Source: an uncultured Verrucomicrobiae bacterium (GTDB lineage: Bacteria; Verrucomicrobiota; Verrucomicrobiia; Chthoniobacterales; JAFAMB01). Taken from it: a stretch of 64,000 nt of DNA. Shown here one piece after another: positions 13,358 to 24,800 of this stretch. The stretch spans positions 480,001 through 544,000 of the forward strand of contig CAWAIK010000001.1 in NCBI GenBank assembly GCA_963782115.1. The letters run 5' to 3'. The notes under the pieces are model-generated. The model was not told where the DNA came from, did not search any database, and saw nothing but the letters and a program-made list of their open reading frames with translations. The position numbers were made by a program, and so were the translations under genes. Position 1 is the stretch's first letter. Every line of letters starts with the position of its first letter.

Positions 13358-13467
13358 GCAACCCGGGTTTACACAACATGAAATAAAAGTGTAGTAGAAA
13401 ATTCGATATCAGCTCAATATTTGACCTGTCCCTGTGTCTGGACTCTTGCACGCGAGGGAGTGGTAAC

Positions 13468-13929
13468 CTAGAAAGGTATATCGTCGGGCTCGGCGTCAAG
13501 GTCCGGATCGCGCGGCTGGGGGCGGGGAGGCGGCGGAGCAGAGGCACTGGGACTGCGGCGAGGCGCGGAAGTGGATGAGGAACCTTCACTTTCCTGGCGG
13601 CTTCCCAGCAGTTGAAGATTTTCTGCGACTACGCGCAATCGGGAACGTTTCTGGCCGGTCTGCTTGTCGTCCCAGCTGTCCAATTGGAGACGACCTTCGA
13701 TAAAGACCGGGCGCCCTTTTTTCAGATATTGCCCGGCAATCTCGGCCTGACGCGCCCAAAGCGTCACGTCGACGAAGGTGGTCTCCTCTTTTTTTTCGCC
13801 ATCTTCCCCCGAGTAGATTCGGTTGACGGCGAGACCAATCTCCGTCACCGGGGTGCCCTTGGGCGTGTACCGCACCTCAGGATCGCGAGTCAGATTGCCG
13901 ATTAACAATACGCGGTTGAGATTTGCCAT
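13468..13929 (-). CDS. ssb: Single-stranded DNA-binding protein
   Basis: NRVLLIGNLTRDPEVRYTP, YLKKG.PVFIEGRL, C-terminal DDIPF. Confidence 0.97.
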   Translation of the reverse strand: MANLNRVLLIGNLTRDPEVRYTPKGTPVTEIGLAVNRIYSGEDGEKKEETTFVDVTLWARQAEIAGQYLKKGRPVFIEGRLQLDSWDDKQTGQKRSRLRVVAENLQLLGSRQESEGSSSTSAPRRSPSASAPPPPRPQPRDPDLDAEPDDIPF

Positions 13930-13938
13930 AAGCAAAGT

Positions 13939-14256
13939 CTAGGTTTTGGAAGTTCGCACCGGCACCCTAAGCGGTAACCGCTGGTAATGCTGCAGAAAAA
14001 TGATCGGGTCGAGCTTAAACTTGCTGCGCAGTTTCGTAATCAAGGACGGATCCGCTTCGAAAATGAAATTGACGTAATAAGCGGAGTCGAGGTGACGCGG
14101 ACTGTACGCGAGTGGACGCTTATCCATTTTCTGGACTTGCTCGACCGTCGCGCCCTCTTTCGTAAAATCCGATTCCAGACGTTCAATGATCTCTTTCACG
14201 CTGTCTTCCTGGCCACGAGTATCAACGGCCAGCAAGCATTCATAACGATGTTTCAT
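13939..14256 (-). CDS. rpsF: 30S ribosomal protein S6
   Basis: MKHRYE..., KRPLAY, YYVNFIF; position upstream of ssb. Confidence 0.9.
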   Translation of the reverse strand: MKHRYECLLAVDTRGQEDSVKEIIERLESDFTKEGATVEQVQKMDKRPLAYSPRHLDSAYYVNFIFEADPSLITKLRSKFKLDPIIFLQHYQRLPLRVPVRTSKT

Positions 14257-14269
14257 AATGTGTCAATTA

Positions 14270-14836
14270 TTATTCTGCTCTGTTGTAATTGTTCATCGCT
14301 GAGGCAATCCCGTTGCGCGCCACATGCTTCGATCGCTTCTGCCGCACGTTCGATCGCCCTGTTCATCGTTGGCTTTTCCGACCGATCGAATTCGCCCAGG
14401 ACATGGTCGGTCAATTGTTCGGAGTCATTCGAAGCCGCCGATTCCGACTCTCAATCGCATAAAGGTCTCGCCCAGATGGACAATGATCGATTTCAACCCA
14501 TTGTGGCCGCCGTCACTGCCTGCCGGCCGGAGCCGGAGCCGCCCAAGCGGAAGAGCTACATCATCCACCACGACCAGGATCTCTTCCGACTGGACCTTGA
14601 AATAATGCGCGAATCGACCAATGACCTCTCCAGTCCGGTTCATGTAGGTGAGCGGCTTTATCAACAGGATGTCGCCCCATTTTCCCAATTCGGAGCCCCA
14701 GGCAGCCGATCTTGAAAATGTCACTCCCTTTTTTCCCGCCAGGTAATCGATCACCATGAAACCAACATTATGCCGCGTTCCAGCTATACTGGAGCCCGGG
14801 ATTTCCCAGGCCAGCCACGAGACGCAGATCAGCCAT
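14270..14836 (-). CDS. pth: Peptidyl-tRNA hydrolase (frameshifted)
   Basis: LVAGLGNPG, KPLTYMN, VVVDD, GGHNGLKS, RLRVGIG. Confidence 0.93.
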
Positions 14837-14842
14837 GGGCTA

Positions 14843-15515
14843 TTAAGACTGAGAAGTCTCCGTTTTGGCTTCTCCCTTCTTCTCGGTGATCACCTCGGGG
14901 GCTACCGGGGCTTCCGCGGTCTCTGCAACCTCTTCGCCGACACGTGAAGCAACAACACTTACCACGGTCAGGTCGCCGTCGGTAATAGCTTCAACCCCGG
15001 AAGGAAGAGGAATATCGCGGACATGCAGCGACTCGCCGATGTTCAGGTTCGTAACATCGACCCGAACGATATCCGGCAGGTCCTGTGGGAAACACTCGAC
15101 TTCCAGCGTACGCAAAGAATATTCGAGCAGCCCACCGAACGTTCTGACTCCCAAGGCGTCACCGACGGCTTCAATCGGAACTTCGGAAGTGATCTTCTCG
15201 GTGGCGGAGACGGCGTGAAAATCGACGTGCAAGCAATTCGCCGCTTCAAGGGATGATGCTGAACTTCCTGGATCAGAGCCAATCGGCTGGTGCTCTGGCT
15301 CCCGTCCGCGATCTCCAACTCCACCAAAACGTGTTCACTCGACGCGTGCGCAAGCACGTTTGTCAAATCGCGGCCTTCCACTTGAAGCGCCATCGGCTCG
15401 TGCCTGAGAGCCGTAAACGACTCCGGGAACCAGACCTTCCTTTTTGATTCTTTTTGATAGCATTCCGGCCGATCACGGTCCGCATCTGCGCTTTCAGTTT
15501 AACTTGTTGAGCCAT
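14843..15515 (-). CDS. rplY: 50S ribosomal protein L25/Ctc (frameshifted)
   Basis: ALIQEVQHHP, HVDF, LEVEC.P.DLP..V.VDV..L.IG.SLHV.D; prs-rplY-pth synteny. Confidence 0.92.
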
Positions 15516-15520
15516 GATTC

Positions 15521-16463
15521 TTACGATTGTTTTGCATTGATCTCGAAAAGCGAACTTACCGATTCGTTCGTGTAAATTCGGTGGATACCCTCAGCGAGGA
15601 CCTCTGCGATGGAAAGGACGGTGATGTTGCAATCCGGATGGAGTTTTACCGGAGTGCTGTCGGTGGTGATCAGTTCCTGGATCTCCGATTTTTTCAGCCT
15701 TTCGTGGGCAATATCGGTAAAAACAGCATGGGAAACGCCCGTGTAGATGTCTTCGGCGCCAAATTTCTTTAACAGCGTCGCGGCGTTGGTCAGTGTGCCT
15801 GCGGTTTCCGTAAGGTCATCCACCATGATGACATTTTTTCCATCCACGTCGCCGATCACCGTCAGCGCCTCCGTTTCGGTTGGACTGATCCGCCGTTTTG
15901 CAACGATTGCCAACGTCGCGCCCAACGCCTCGGCGTAAGCGGAGGCCAATTTCAGGCCGCCAACGTCCGGTGAGACGACTGCGAGATTATCGATTTTCTT
16001 CTGGCGGATATAGCGGATCAATACCGGTGCCGCGTACAAATGGTCGACCGGGATATCAAAGAATCCCTGGATCTGTTGGGCATGTAAATCGAGCGTCAAG
16101 ACTCGGCTGGCTCCAGCCGCAACGAGCAGATTGGCGACCAGTTTGGCGGTGATCGGTACCCGTGGCTGATCTTTGCGGTCCTGTCGCGCATATCCAAAAT
16201 AGGGAATAACCGCGGTAATCCGATAAGCGCTCGCTCGTCTGGCGGCATCGATCAGGATCAGGAGTTCCATCAAATTCTGATTGGTGGGCGGGCAGGTCGG
16301 TTGGACGATGTAAATATCGCGGCCCCGGATGTTTTCGTTGATTTTGACCCGCGTTTCGCCGTCCGGGAAAGAGCTGACGACTGCGTCGCCGAGAGGGGCG
16401 CCGATCGCCTTGACAAATTCTCAGGGCCAGATCGCGATGCGCTGATCCTGAAAATATCTTCAT
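15521..16463 (-). CDS. prs: Ribose-phosphate pyrophosphokinase (frameshifted near 5' end)
   Basis: MELLILIDA.RRASA, PYFGYARQDRK, DLHAQQIQGFFDIPVD, VSPDVGG, VDD..ETAGT. Confidence 0.96.
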
Positions 16464-16605
16464 TTCTCGGTTGAACGGGGTCATAGCCAGGCGAAAAGGA
16501 ACCGGGATTCTAATCCTGAAATCCGCTTTTGCAAGAGAACGAGACGACAAGGGAGGCTGTACAGTCTGGAACACGATCCCAACTCTGCGGCAGCGCGTCC
16601 CCAGG

Positions 16606-19600
16606 TCAGGTGAGCAACTCTGCGAGCTTTGCCCTGAAGTCTTCCTCATCTCGAACGGAAAAATCTGCGTCTGGCTTTCAAGTCGAATCTCGTGTCCGTC
16701 GATCGACAGGAATCGCAGGTAGAGCGGTTGTATCCCAGGGAATTGACGGACCAGGTCGCGGATTGCGATCAACCGTTCTTCATCGGCTTTTTCCATAGGG
16801 ATATCGATCGTCAGAGCCTTAACCGGTTTCCGGCCGGCTAATCGGCCCGATCTCGTTTGCCACAATCCGGGCGCTCGTCCTCCCGCTTATCCAGTTTGCC
16901 TGCGATCGCCACGATTTTCCCTTTGTCGATCTCCTTGGCCGTTTTCGCGTACACTTCGCCCCAAACCATGACCTCCACCGATCCAGTAAAGTCTTCAACC
17001 GTCAGGATCGCGAACGGTTTTCCCTCTTTGCGGGTAAGCTTCTTGTCGAAAACGGAGATCGACCCGGCGATCTTGACCGTGCCTTTGTCTTCCTGATCGG
17101 CTAAATCGTTGATCCTCATGTATTCGCCTCCCTCGATAAGCTCTCGGTGGGCGTCCAACGGATGGCCGGTGACGTAGAAACCCGAGAAGGTCCTTTTCAT
17201 GCCCGAGTTTTTCAGCGGTCGACCAAGGCGTGAAATGAACCGTGTCACCGTTTGTTTTTGGAGCGGCTGCCATCTCCAATTCGCCGAACAACGAGACTTG
17301 GCCGCTGCGCCTGTCTCTGTGCGCGGAGGCTCCGGCCAATAAAGCTTGGTCGATTCGCTCAAATAGTTCCGCACGATCTCTTCCGGTAAAATCGAACGCT
17401 CCGGCGCGAATCAGGTTTTCCAGGATCTTGCGATTGACCGACTTGGAATCCAGACGGCTGCAATAATCCTCGACCGATTTGAACGGGCCATTCTTCTCTC
17501 GTTCCGGAGATTGCGGATTCCATGGCCGCTTCGCCGATGTTTTTGATCGCGGCGAGGCCGTATCGAATACCCCGCTGCTCCGCCTGAGTTTCAGGCACAA
17601 ACTTCAGATGGCTCCGGTTGATGTCCGGTGGCAGAATCGATGATGCCGAGCCTTTGGCATTCCGCGACAAAGACCGCGATTTTACCCGTATTGTTGACTT
17701 CGTTACTGAGCAGCCCGGCCATGAATTCAACCGGATAGTTCGCTTTCAGATAGGCGGTCCGATAACTGATCAAGCCGTAAGCGGCACTGTGACTCTTATT
17801 GAAACCGTATCCGGCGAACTTTTCGAGGAGATCGAAGATGGCGTTCGCCTTCTTTTCGTCGATCCCATTAACGCGTTTGCATCCTTCGATGAAATTAACG
17901 CGTTCTTTCGCCATCTTTTCCTTGTCCTTTTTCCCCATCGCGCGCCGGAGAAGATCAGCCTGACCAAGGGTGTATCCGGCCAGGACGTTGGCCGCCCGCT
18001 GCACCTGTTCCTGGTAGATCATTATCCCGTAGGTGTTGGCACAGACCTCTTTCAGCAGCGGATGCTCGTATTTGATTTTCGTCTGGCCCTTTTTGCGCTT
18101 GATATAGTCGGGAATCAGTTCCATCGGACCGGGGCGATAAAGCGCGATCAAGGCGATAATATCGTCGATGCTGTTGACATCGAACTGCTTGCACAGGTTC
18201 ACCATCCCGCCGGATTCCAATTGAAACACTCCAATTGTTTCGCCGCGATTCAGCAGATCAAACGTGGCTCGATCATCGAGCGGTAGTGTTTCGAGTGAAA
18301 AATCGGGCTGCCGATCTCGAATCAGGGACGGCTGCATCCTGCAGAACCGTGAGCGTTTTAAGTCCGAGAAAATCCATTTTCAACATGCCCAGGTCGGTGA
18401 GCGGGTCCCATGGCATATTGGGTGACAACCTCGTCGTCGTTGCCGCGGCAAAGCGGGATGTAATCATCGAGCGGTCGATCGCCGATCACCACGCCCGCAG
18501 CATGGATGCCGGTATTCCGCGTCAGACCTTCCAGAACGGTGGCGTAATTCCAAAGCTGCTGAGTGCTTTCTTCGGTTTCTACGGCTTGTTTCAATTCCGG
18601 ATTCTTTTCCAGTGCGCCTTTCAGCGTGATACCGAGTTCGTTCGGAATCATCTTCGCGATGCGATCTGCATCGGAATAACTCAGGCCCATCACCCGGCCA
18701 ACGTCTCGAACGACGCTCTTGGCTCCCAGGGTGCCAAAGGTGATGATCTGCGACACCGCCCGTGGCCCATACTTTCGTCGAACATACTCAATCACTTCGC
18801 CCCTTCGGTTCTGGCAAAAATCAACATCGATATCCGGCGGGCTCACGCGTTCCGGATTCAGAAACCGTTCGAAGATCAGATCGAATCGCAGCGGATCCAG
18901 ATCGGTGATCCCGAGGACATAAGCGGCTAGTGAACCTGCTGCCGATCCGCGTCCGGGACCAACCGGAATACCATGCTCTTTCGCGTAATGGATGAAATCC
19001 CAAACAATCAGGAAATAGCTGACAAACCCCGCTTTTTCCAGGATCGAGAGCTCATATTCCAGACGCTGCCGAAGCTCTTTATCGGTTTCGGCTCGTTCCC
19101 CGTAACGCTCTTTTAAGCCCGTTGAAGCAGAGTTCGCGAAGAAATTCCTCGCGCGTTTTCCCTTCGGGCGGGGTGTAAGCCGGGTATTTTGAAACGCCGA
19201 AATCAAGTTTCAGATCGCAGGCTTCGGCGATCCGAAGCGTGTTGGTCATGGCCTCTGGAACTTCCGAAAAAATGGCCCGCATCTCCTCCGCAGATTTGAA
19301 ATAGACTTCTGTCGGATAATGCATCCGGCGCTCGTCATGGACCATCGAGCCGGTGCCGATACAGATCATTACGTCATGAGCCTCATGATGGGATCGTTCC
19401 AGAAAGTGAACGTCGTTCGCTGCTACGACCGGGATTCCGAGTTTTTTGGAAATTTCCAGAAGCGCTCGATTGCAGAGATGTTGCGCCTCAAGTCCGTGAT
19501 CATGGAGCTCAAGGTAAAAGTTTTCCCGGCCGAAGATGTCCACGAATTCGCCGGCAGATTTCTGGGCCTTGTTCAGGTCAGCCGCCTGGATTGCCACATT

Positions 19601-20039
19601 GATTTCACCTTTCAGGCAGGCGCTCATCCCGATCAAGCCGGCACTGTGTTTCGCCAGCAACTCTTTGTCGATACGCGGCTTATAGTGAAAACCCTCCAGG
19701 TGCGCGGCGGAGACCAGTTTCACAAGATTGCTGTAACCGCGAAGGTCTTTTGCCAGCAGCGTGAAGTGGAAGGCGGCGTCTCGGGCGGATGACGCGCTTT
19801 TGTCGATCATCGAGCCGGGCGCCATGTAGATTTCGCATCCAATAATGGGTTTCACACCGGCCTTTTCTGCTGCCTTGATAGAATTCGATTGCGCCGAACA
19901 TGTTGCCGTGATCGGTCATGGCCACGGCCGGCATGCCGTAATCGGCCACCTTTTTCATGAGATCCGGAATCCGGATGGCGCCGTCCAGGAGGGAGTATTC
20001 AGTATGAAGATGCAGGTGGACAAAGGAGTCAGTCGGCAT
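16606..20039 (-). CDS. dnaE: DNA polymerase III alpha subunit (several frameshifts)
   Basis: [19 protein letters not shown] start, [37 protein letters not shown] domain. Confidence 0.96.
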
Positions 20040-20243
20040 CGCCACTCAACCTACCCGCTGCAGCCGCTTGCATCAACGGCGAACGGCAGCCAGATTTGCG
20101 GCGAAGAGTGATTCACGCTTGCCTGGTTTGCTGGCGAGATCTGAGCAATCTACGGTTTGAAATTCGGAATTTAGGTCAGCATTGACCGGCGTCCGTCCTG
20201 AGGATTGGCAATTTGGTATTTTGTGGCAGACTAGAACCCCCAA

Positions 20244-20325
20244 GCCGAGGTGGCGAAATTGGCAGACGCGCCAGACTTAGGATCTGGTCCCGAAAGGGGT
20301 ATGGGTTCGAGTCCCTTCCTCGGCA
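20244..20325 (+). tRNA. tRNA-Leu (anticodon TAG); integration site (attL)
   Basis: Acceptor GCCGAGG/CCTCGGC-A, D arm TGGCGAAATTGGCAGACGC, anticodon arm CCAGA-CTTAGGA-TCTGG, variable arm CCC-GAAA-GGG, T loop TTCGAGT. Confidence 0.95.
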
Positions 20326-20416
20326 AACCATTCAGAATAAATAACTTACAGAGACAGGCGAAGCTTTGTATTGATACGCGTAGTCACGGGGTGCCAGAAA
20401 GGTGCCAGAATTCGTG

Positions 20417-21046
20417 CTAGAATTCGCGCCATTCCCGAAAATCAAGCAACTCACCAGCGTCTTTGGACCGCAATGCCTCGTCATTCCGGTAGCTGAAGTA
20501 GTGGAAGTTGATGGCGATCTTAGGCAATTGTTTGCCGTCAGCATCCTGAACAGTAGAATGAAGCCCCCAGAGCGGCTCGGTTTTGGCCAGAATATTAGCG
20601 GAACCTTTGATTCCAAACTCTGATGCCGCTTCCTTGAGTTTGAGCATCATCCACCAAAAAAGCTGGAACCATCTGGCAGGTGGGACAGCCTTAAAAAGTT
20701 TCAGCGCGCGCACAATAAGCGCATGGAGACACCTTGCCTTGAGGACAGGATCTTTCGCGCGCGCATCGGTGAAAGCCGTGTAATGGCGGAATGTGTAGAG
20801 GTCTTTGGTGCGCATATAACGCCACTCATGAGTATCGAAGGTCGCACCGAGCAGGTACTCAATCCGTTCCAGGCAGTTTTCCCTGGTCAACACTCGTCGC
20901 CCGGCCTCGATTGCGCGTAGCGTGGCTGCGGGGATCCCTGTGAGTTGGGCAAAATCGACCTGGTGCATGGGTTTTGGGCCATTGCCAAGGATCGAGCGCA
21001 ATTTAAGCAGGGGATTTTCGCGACGTTCGAGACGTGGTGCAGGCAT
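20417..21046 (-). CDS. XRE-type HTH protein, probable element repressor
   Basis: LLKLRSIL...MHQVDFAQLTGIPAATLRAIEAGRR; divergent from Xis-like gene. Confidence 0.65.
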   Translation of the reverse strand: MPAPRLERRENPLLKLRSILGNGPKPMHQVDFAQLTGIPAATLRAIEAGRRVLTRENCLERIEYLLGATFDTHEWRYMRTKDLYTFRHYTAFTDARAKDPVLKARCLHALIVRALKLFKAVPPARWFQLFWWMMLKLKEAASEFGIKGSANILAKTEPLWGLHSTVQDADGKQLPKIAINFHYFSYRNDEALRSKDAGELLDFREWREF

Positions 21047-21173
21047 GCACCATTAATACGCGTCTCAATCCATTGGTGCAAGGAATACGCTTCTATTATC
21101 TCTTGCTCCAATAGCAGAAGCCTGTGGGTAAAGATCCAAGGAAAACATTTTAGTTGAGAACTTCACTTTTCTG

Positions 21174-21212
21174 TTGATACACGTAGTAATGATATGCTAT
21201 TAATACGTGTAT
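21174..21212. promoter_or_regulatory. Inverted-repeat operator overlapping start of the Xis-like gene
   Basis: ATACACGTA-N18-TACGTGTAT; related TT(G/A)ATAC(G/A)(C/T)GT motif also at 20371, 21053 and 63482. Confidence 0.55.
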
Positions 21213-21459
21213 GAACGAAATCGCTCCAGCAAAGTACATGCGCCCAAAACCTTTCGCGGTCAGGACCGGGGTTAGCGGCCGGACTGTTTACCGTTGGATC
21301 GATTTGAAGATTATTCCCTCCTACAAGTTTCAGGGGGTGCTGCTAATCGATATCGAAGAGGCCGATCTGATCATCAAAGGCCTGCGTCGGCACGAAATTA
21401 AAGCCTTTCCTAAATCAAAGCGCCAACAAAAGACGGAGTCGGCGGCCGTCGCGAAGTGA
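21211..21459 (+). CDS. Excisionase/AlpA-like HTH protein
   Basis: YMRPKPFAVRTGVSGRTVYRWIDLKIIPSYKFQGVLLID. Confidence 0.75.
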   Translation: MNEIAPAKYMRPKPFAVRTGVSGRTVYRWIDLKIIPSYKFQGVLLIDIEEADLIIKGLRRHEIKAFPKSKRQQKTESAAVAK

Positions 21460-22029
21460 GCGGTGCGCCGGACGCTCCGAAATTTCAGAAGATCACAACA
21501 GAGCGTAACAATTGAGCACGTTTAAAAAGCTAAAAGTCGGCTGGAGGAAGGGTCACCAATCGGCCCCACTTTTCGGGAACCAAGACTTCTCCAAACCGCC
21601 GAAAGCCAAGCGCGGGTCTAACTTCCCGAAATCCAGGAAGCGGAGAAAGAAGTAATCTACTTTCTGGCTGAGGCGTACCGTAAGGAGTTTACCTGGAACG
21701 TCAGGCCCAGGGGAAGGTAAAAAGACTCTGCTCGTCTCCCCGCCCTCAACCTGAGTGAAGGAAGCCCCCGGATAGGCGACGGTACGACCGGTAGGCGGGG
21801 TGCCGTCCATTAAGATTAAGGGACCAGTGTGGGTGCCGTGTAACACCATTGGGTGGCGACCAAGCCTCCTCCGACGTCCCCTCTACTAATGCGCGGGATA
21901 GTGGGTGAGTACCAAATCGGCAAGAATGCGCCGGTCTACCATCCACATCACCGGCAAGCTGGCGAACAGGGGCTTGACGTGTGGTCAAGCCGTTGGCAAG
22001 ACAGAGTTGGAAGCGTTCGTTGAATCCAC

Positions 22030-22293
22030 TCATTGGGAAATCTCCTTCTCAATTTCCGCCATCAGTTTTTCGTCGAACAGTTCCGGCAGAACCATTTGCA
22101 AGAACTGCAACAGGAATCTCGCATCACCGAGTTCACTTGCTTGATTGGACCGTAAACGCAACATGCACCGGTCCATGTTGCTGAGGTTGCCGGTGTCCAG
22201 CAGGTCCTGGATACGGGGTTCAAAAACCTCGGGCACCCATTCTATAGGTACCTGGTAGAATTTCTCAAGTGGGTAGGGGTATTTAGGTTTCAT
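22030..22293 (-). CDS. Small hypothetical protein coupled to the polymerase stop
   Basis: ATG overlaps polymerase stop codon; helical composition. Confidence 0.5.
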   Translation of the reverse strand: MKPKYPYPLEKFYQVPIEWVPEVFEPRIQDLLDTGNLSNMDRCMLRLRSNQASELGDARFLLQFLQMVLPELFDEKLMAEIEKEISQ

Positions 22294-23996
22294 AAGAGGT
22301 TCATGATTTTGGACCAAAAGTCTTTGCCGCGTTTGTCCGAGTAGCGGTTCGGATACTTAACAATTACGGCGTCGGTCGAAAGGGGGAAGCCATCCAGGAC
22401 GATTTCGGACGCTCGGCGCATATGCTCGCGCATGCGGGCGACTTCTTCCTCAATACGTTCCACGGGAGCTGTGATCATCAGTGCGTCATGGACTGGGGCA
22501 CATACCAAAATGTCGTCCTCTGTCCCATAACAGCAGGCAAGCCGTAGCATTTCCGCACCATTAGCCTGCATAAAGAAGTTGCGAAGGGAGCGCGGATTGA
22601 AGTCCGGTCGTACATGGTTGGTCCAGCCGAAAACGGTTTGCTGCCTTCGGTCCAAAACAGTTTTGTCAACAGTGTTGTCCGACCAGCGCCAAAACACTTT
22701 GTAAATCTCGCGGTGCATTCGCAACAGGTCTCTCGCTACAAATTCCGGCTGTTGAATTCGACGCGCCAGGGATTCGCCCTCCATGCCGTACTGGACTCCG
22801 AGCACACAACGCTTGAAAAGTTCCCTCTTTTCGGAGTGTGAATCCTTTGTCGCGTCAGCAGGCACTGCCTTGGCTTGTTTCGCGAAGGTCAGATAAGGAT
22901 CGCCAGAAGCATAAGCCTCCTTCATGTTTGGATCGCCGGACAATGCGGCGGCAATTCCGAATTCCTGTTGACACCAATCGATGTACGCGATGGCCCACCC
23001 TTCTTTGGGCTTAATCAGGCTGCGCAACCATGATCCAGGACCGAATATGTACTTCGTGTTGGAAGGCTGATTTCGGCCTGTTCGTGCAGCGAAGGCTGAA
23101 AGCATCGTGCGATTGTAGCCGTCCTTTCCGACCTGCAGATCGTTCAGGCGCAATTCGGACAGGGCTTGACGAAGCTTCCTCAAGTTGACGATCTGCGGGT
23201 AGATGTTAGCCATCTCTTCGAAGGTGTCATCGTCCAGGGCGAGCCTGCCGGAATCCAGGCGCGGCCAGCCCATGTTGTTGAAACAAAGCCAATCCTCGAA
23301 TCGCTCCCGACGGAAGGATCGTCCGTCATAAACGCCGTATTCGGCGTCCACTTCGACGATCAACTTTTCCTGAATGTCCTCCCAATTGGACACCAGCCGA
23401 GCGAGAATTTCAGTGTCGATTGGCACGCCGTTGTACTCCATCGCGCTCACGGCGCTCATGTACCTGCCGCGAAGCATGGCGCGTGGGAGATCAATGCGCC
23501 CAATCATTCTTGGTAACAGGCGAGCCAGGGCCTCGGTGTCGGTTTGACAGTACTCCAGGATCGCTTTCTTCTCTTCTGCTGTCCACGGCCCGCCACGCAG
23601 CACCAAGTCGCGCATTTTGGTTTTCTCGGCGGCGTCGATGCTGTCCAGGCCGTGAAAAATAAGCGCGCCGATAAGGCCCTTCCCGTTCGACACAGGTACG
23701 CCATTGGTGGCGTTCTTGAATTCGACGCACAGGTCCAAAATTCGCTTTGGTTGCGGCCAGCCGAGTGTACGAAAACAACCCAATTCAGCGCTCGCGTAAT
23801 AGGCAATGAACAGCGAATCGGACGACACATCGAACGGTGGCTCTGGACCGAACTGGTCGTGCCACAGTAGGATCTGTCGCCCGCTTCGCAATTCCCTAGC
23901 AGAGAGGCAGACGGGAATCTGCCTCTCTCCCGAACGGGCGATGAACTCGAAGTCCGCCGCCCACAACTCCTTGAACTGATCCAAGGACGGATGCAT
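22290..23996 (-). CDS. Family A DNA polymerase (mobile-element type, 3'-5' exonuclease plus polymerase, no 5' nuclease)
   Basis: ExoI-like ADFEF, TGRNQP, motif A IDWCQQEFGIAA, motif B RELFKRCVLGVQYG, motif C PVHDAL; 568 aa intact. Confidence 0.92.
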   Translation of the reverse strand: MHPSLDQFKELWAADFEFIARSGERQIPVCLSARELRSGRQILLWHDQFGPEPPFDVSSDSLFIAYYASAELGCFRTLGWPQPKRILDLCVEFKNATNGVPVSNGKGLIGALIFHGLDSIDAAEKTKMRDLVLRGGPWTAEEKKAILEYCQTDTEALARLLPRMIGRIDLPRAMLRGRYMSAVSAMEYNGVPIDTEILARLVSNWEDIQEKLIVEVDAEYGVYDGRSFRRERFEDWLCFNNMGWPRLDSGRLALDDDTFEEMANIYPQIVNLRKLRQALSELRLNDLQVGKDGYNRTMLSAFAARTGRNQPSNTKYIFGPGSWLRSLIKPKEGWAIAYIDWCQQEFGIAAALSGDPNMKEAYASGDPYLTFAKQAKAVPADATKDSHSEKRELFKRCVLGVQYGMEGESLARRIQQPEFVARDLLRMHREIYKVFWRWSDNTVDKTVLDRRQQTVFGWTNHVRPDFNPRSLRNFFMQANGAEMLRLACCYGTEDDILVCAPVHDALMITAPVERIEEEVARMREHMRRASEIVLDGFPLSTDAVIVKYPNRYSDKRGKDFWSKIMNLL

Positions 23997-23998
23997 GG

Positions 23999-24793
23999 CT
24001 ATGCCAGCCCCCGTAGTTTCTGGATGATCAAGTGGTCAGCGTTATCGATTAAACGATTCTTGAACGCAATTTTGATCAAGTCCCAGAACGACTGTGTCGG
24101 CCATTCTGGATCGCCGTAGTCGGCGACTGCCTCGAACACTTCATAAGCACCAAGGCTCATGTTGGCAGTAACGCGGACCCATCGATCACGCGCCTTCTCG
24201 GCTGCTTCTGCCGCCGAGATGTGCCAGTCCATCTGCCGACCGTCGGCTCCAGGGAGCTTGACAGGCCAAAGGAACACCACTTTTTGGCGATTGATCGCAA
24301 CATGGATAGTCGCGACGTAGTACTCGGATTCAGTCAACTCCGCACAGAGTTGAGGGACGATCAGGTAAGTGTCGCGCTCGTAATCGAGCAGGGCCACTTC
24401 CACCCGATACTCTGGATCGGGATGGACCCGAACAAAGTCCTGCTTGTTCGGTTTTCGGACTGGAACGGTGATCAACAGGCGTTTCGCTGCTTGTGCCTGC
24501 AGAACACTTTGATCAAGCCGAAGGTTTTCAGGCTTGAACGGATCGTCCTGTGCCTTCTTCAAATCCGCTGCGGTTTTAAAGGGCTTCTGGACGATTTCCT
24601 CAAATTCCGCCGCCGTTTCTGGGTCGGAATCCTCGGCGACCGCCTTTGTCCTGGAGGAGGTCTTTTTGGTTGCTGAACGGTCACTCTCTTTTAGGGGAGA
24701 GAGAACACGGTTCACTTGAGTTGTTGTTTCGGCAGGAATCTGGCCCTGCCCCTCTGCGTGCTCGGCAACCGAGCTGTTGTGTGATGTGCTCAC
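23999..24793 (-). CDS. Conserved-looking hypothetical protein upstream of polymerase (putative ssDNA-binding)
   Basis: Intact 264 aa, beta-rich core VPVRKPNKQDFVRVHP...VFLWPVKLP...W.P.WP; abuts the polymerase; SSB role is inference. Confidence 0.6.
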   Translation of the reverse strand: MSTSHNSSVAEHAEGQGQIPAETTTQVNRVLSPLKESDRSATKKTSSRTKAVAEDSDPETAAEFEEIVQKPFKTAADLKKAQDDPFKPENLRLDQSVLQAQAAKRLLITVPVRKPNKQDFVRVHPDPEYRVEVALLDYERDTYLIVPQLCAELTESEYYVATIHVAINRQKVVFLWPVKLPGADGRQMDWHISAAEAAEKARDRWVRVTANMSLGAYEVFEAVADYGDPEWPTQSFWDLIKIAFKNRLIDNADHLIIQKLRGLA

Positions 24794-24800
24794 GTTAAAA

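Noticed and set aside
17618..19792. Plus-strand ORFs of 157-231 aa
   Set aside because: Antisense shadows of dnaE
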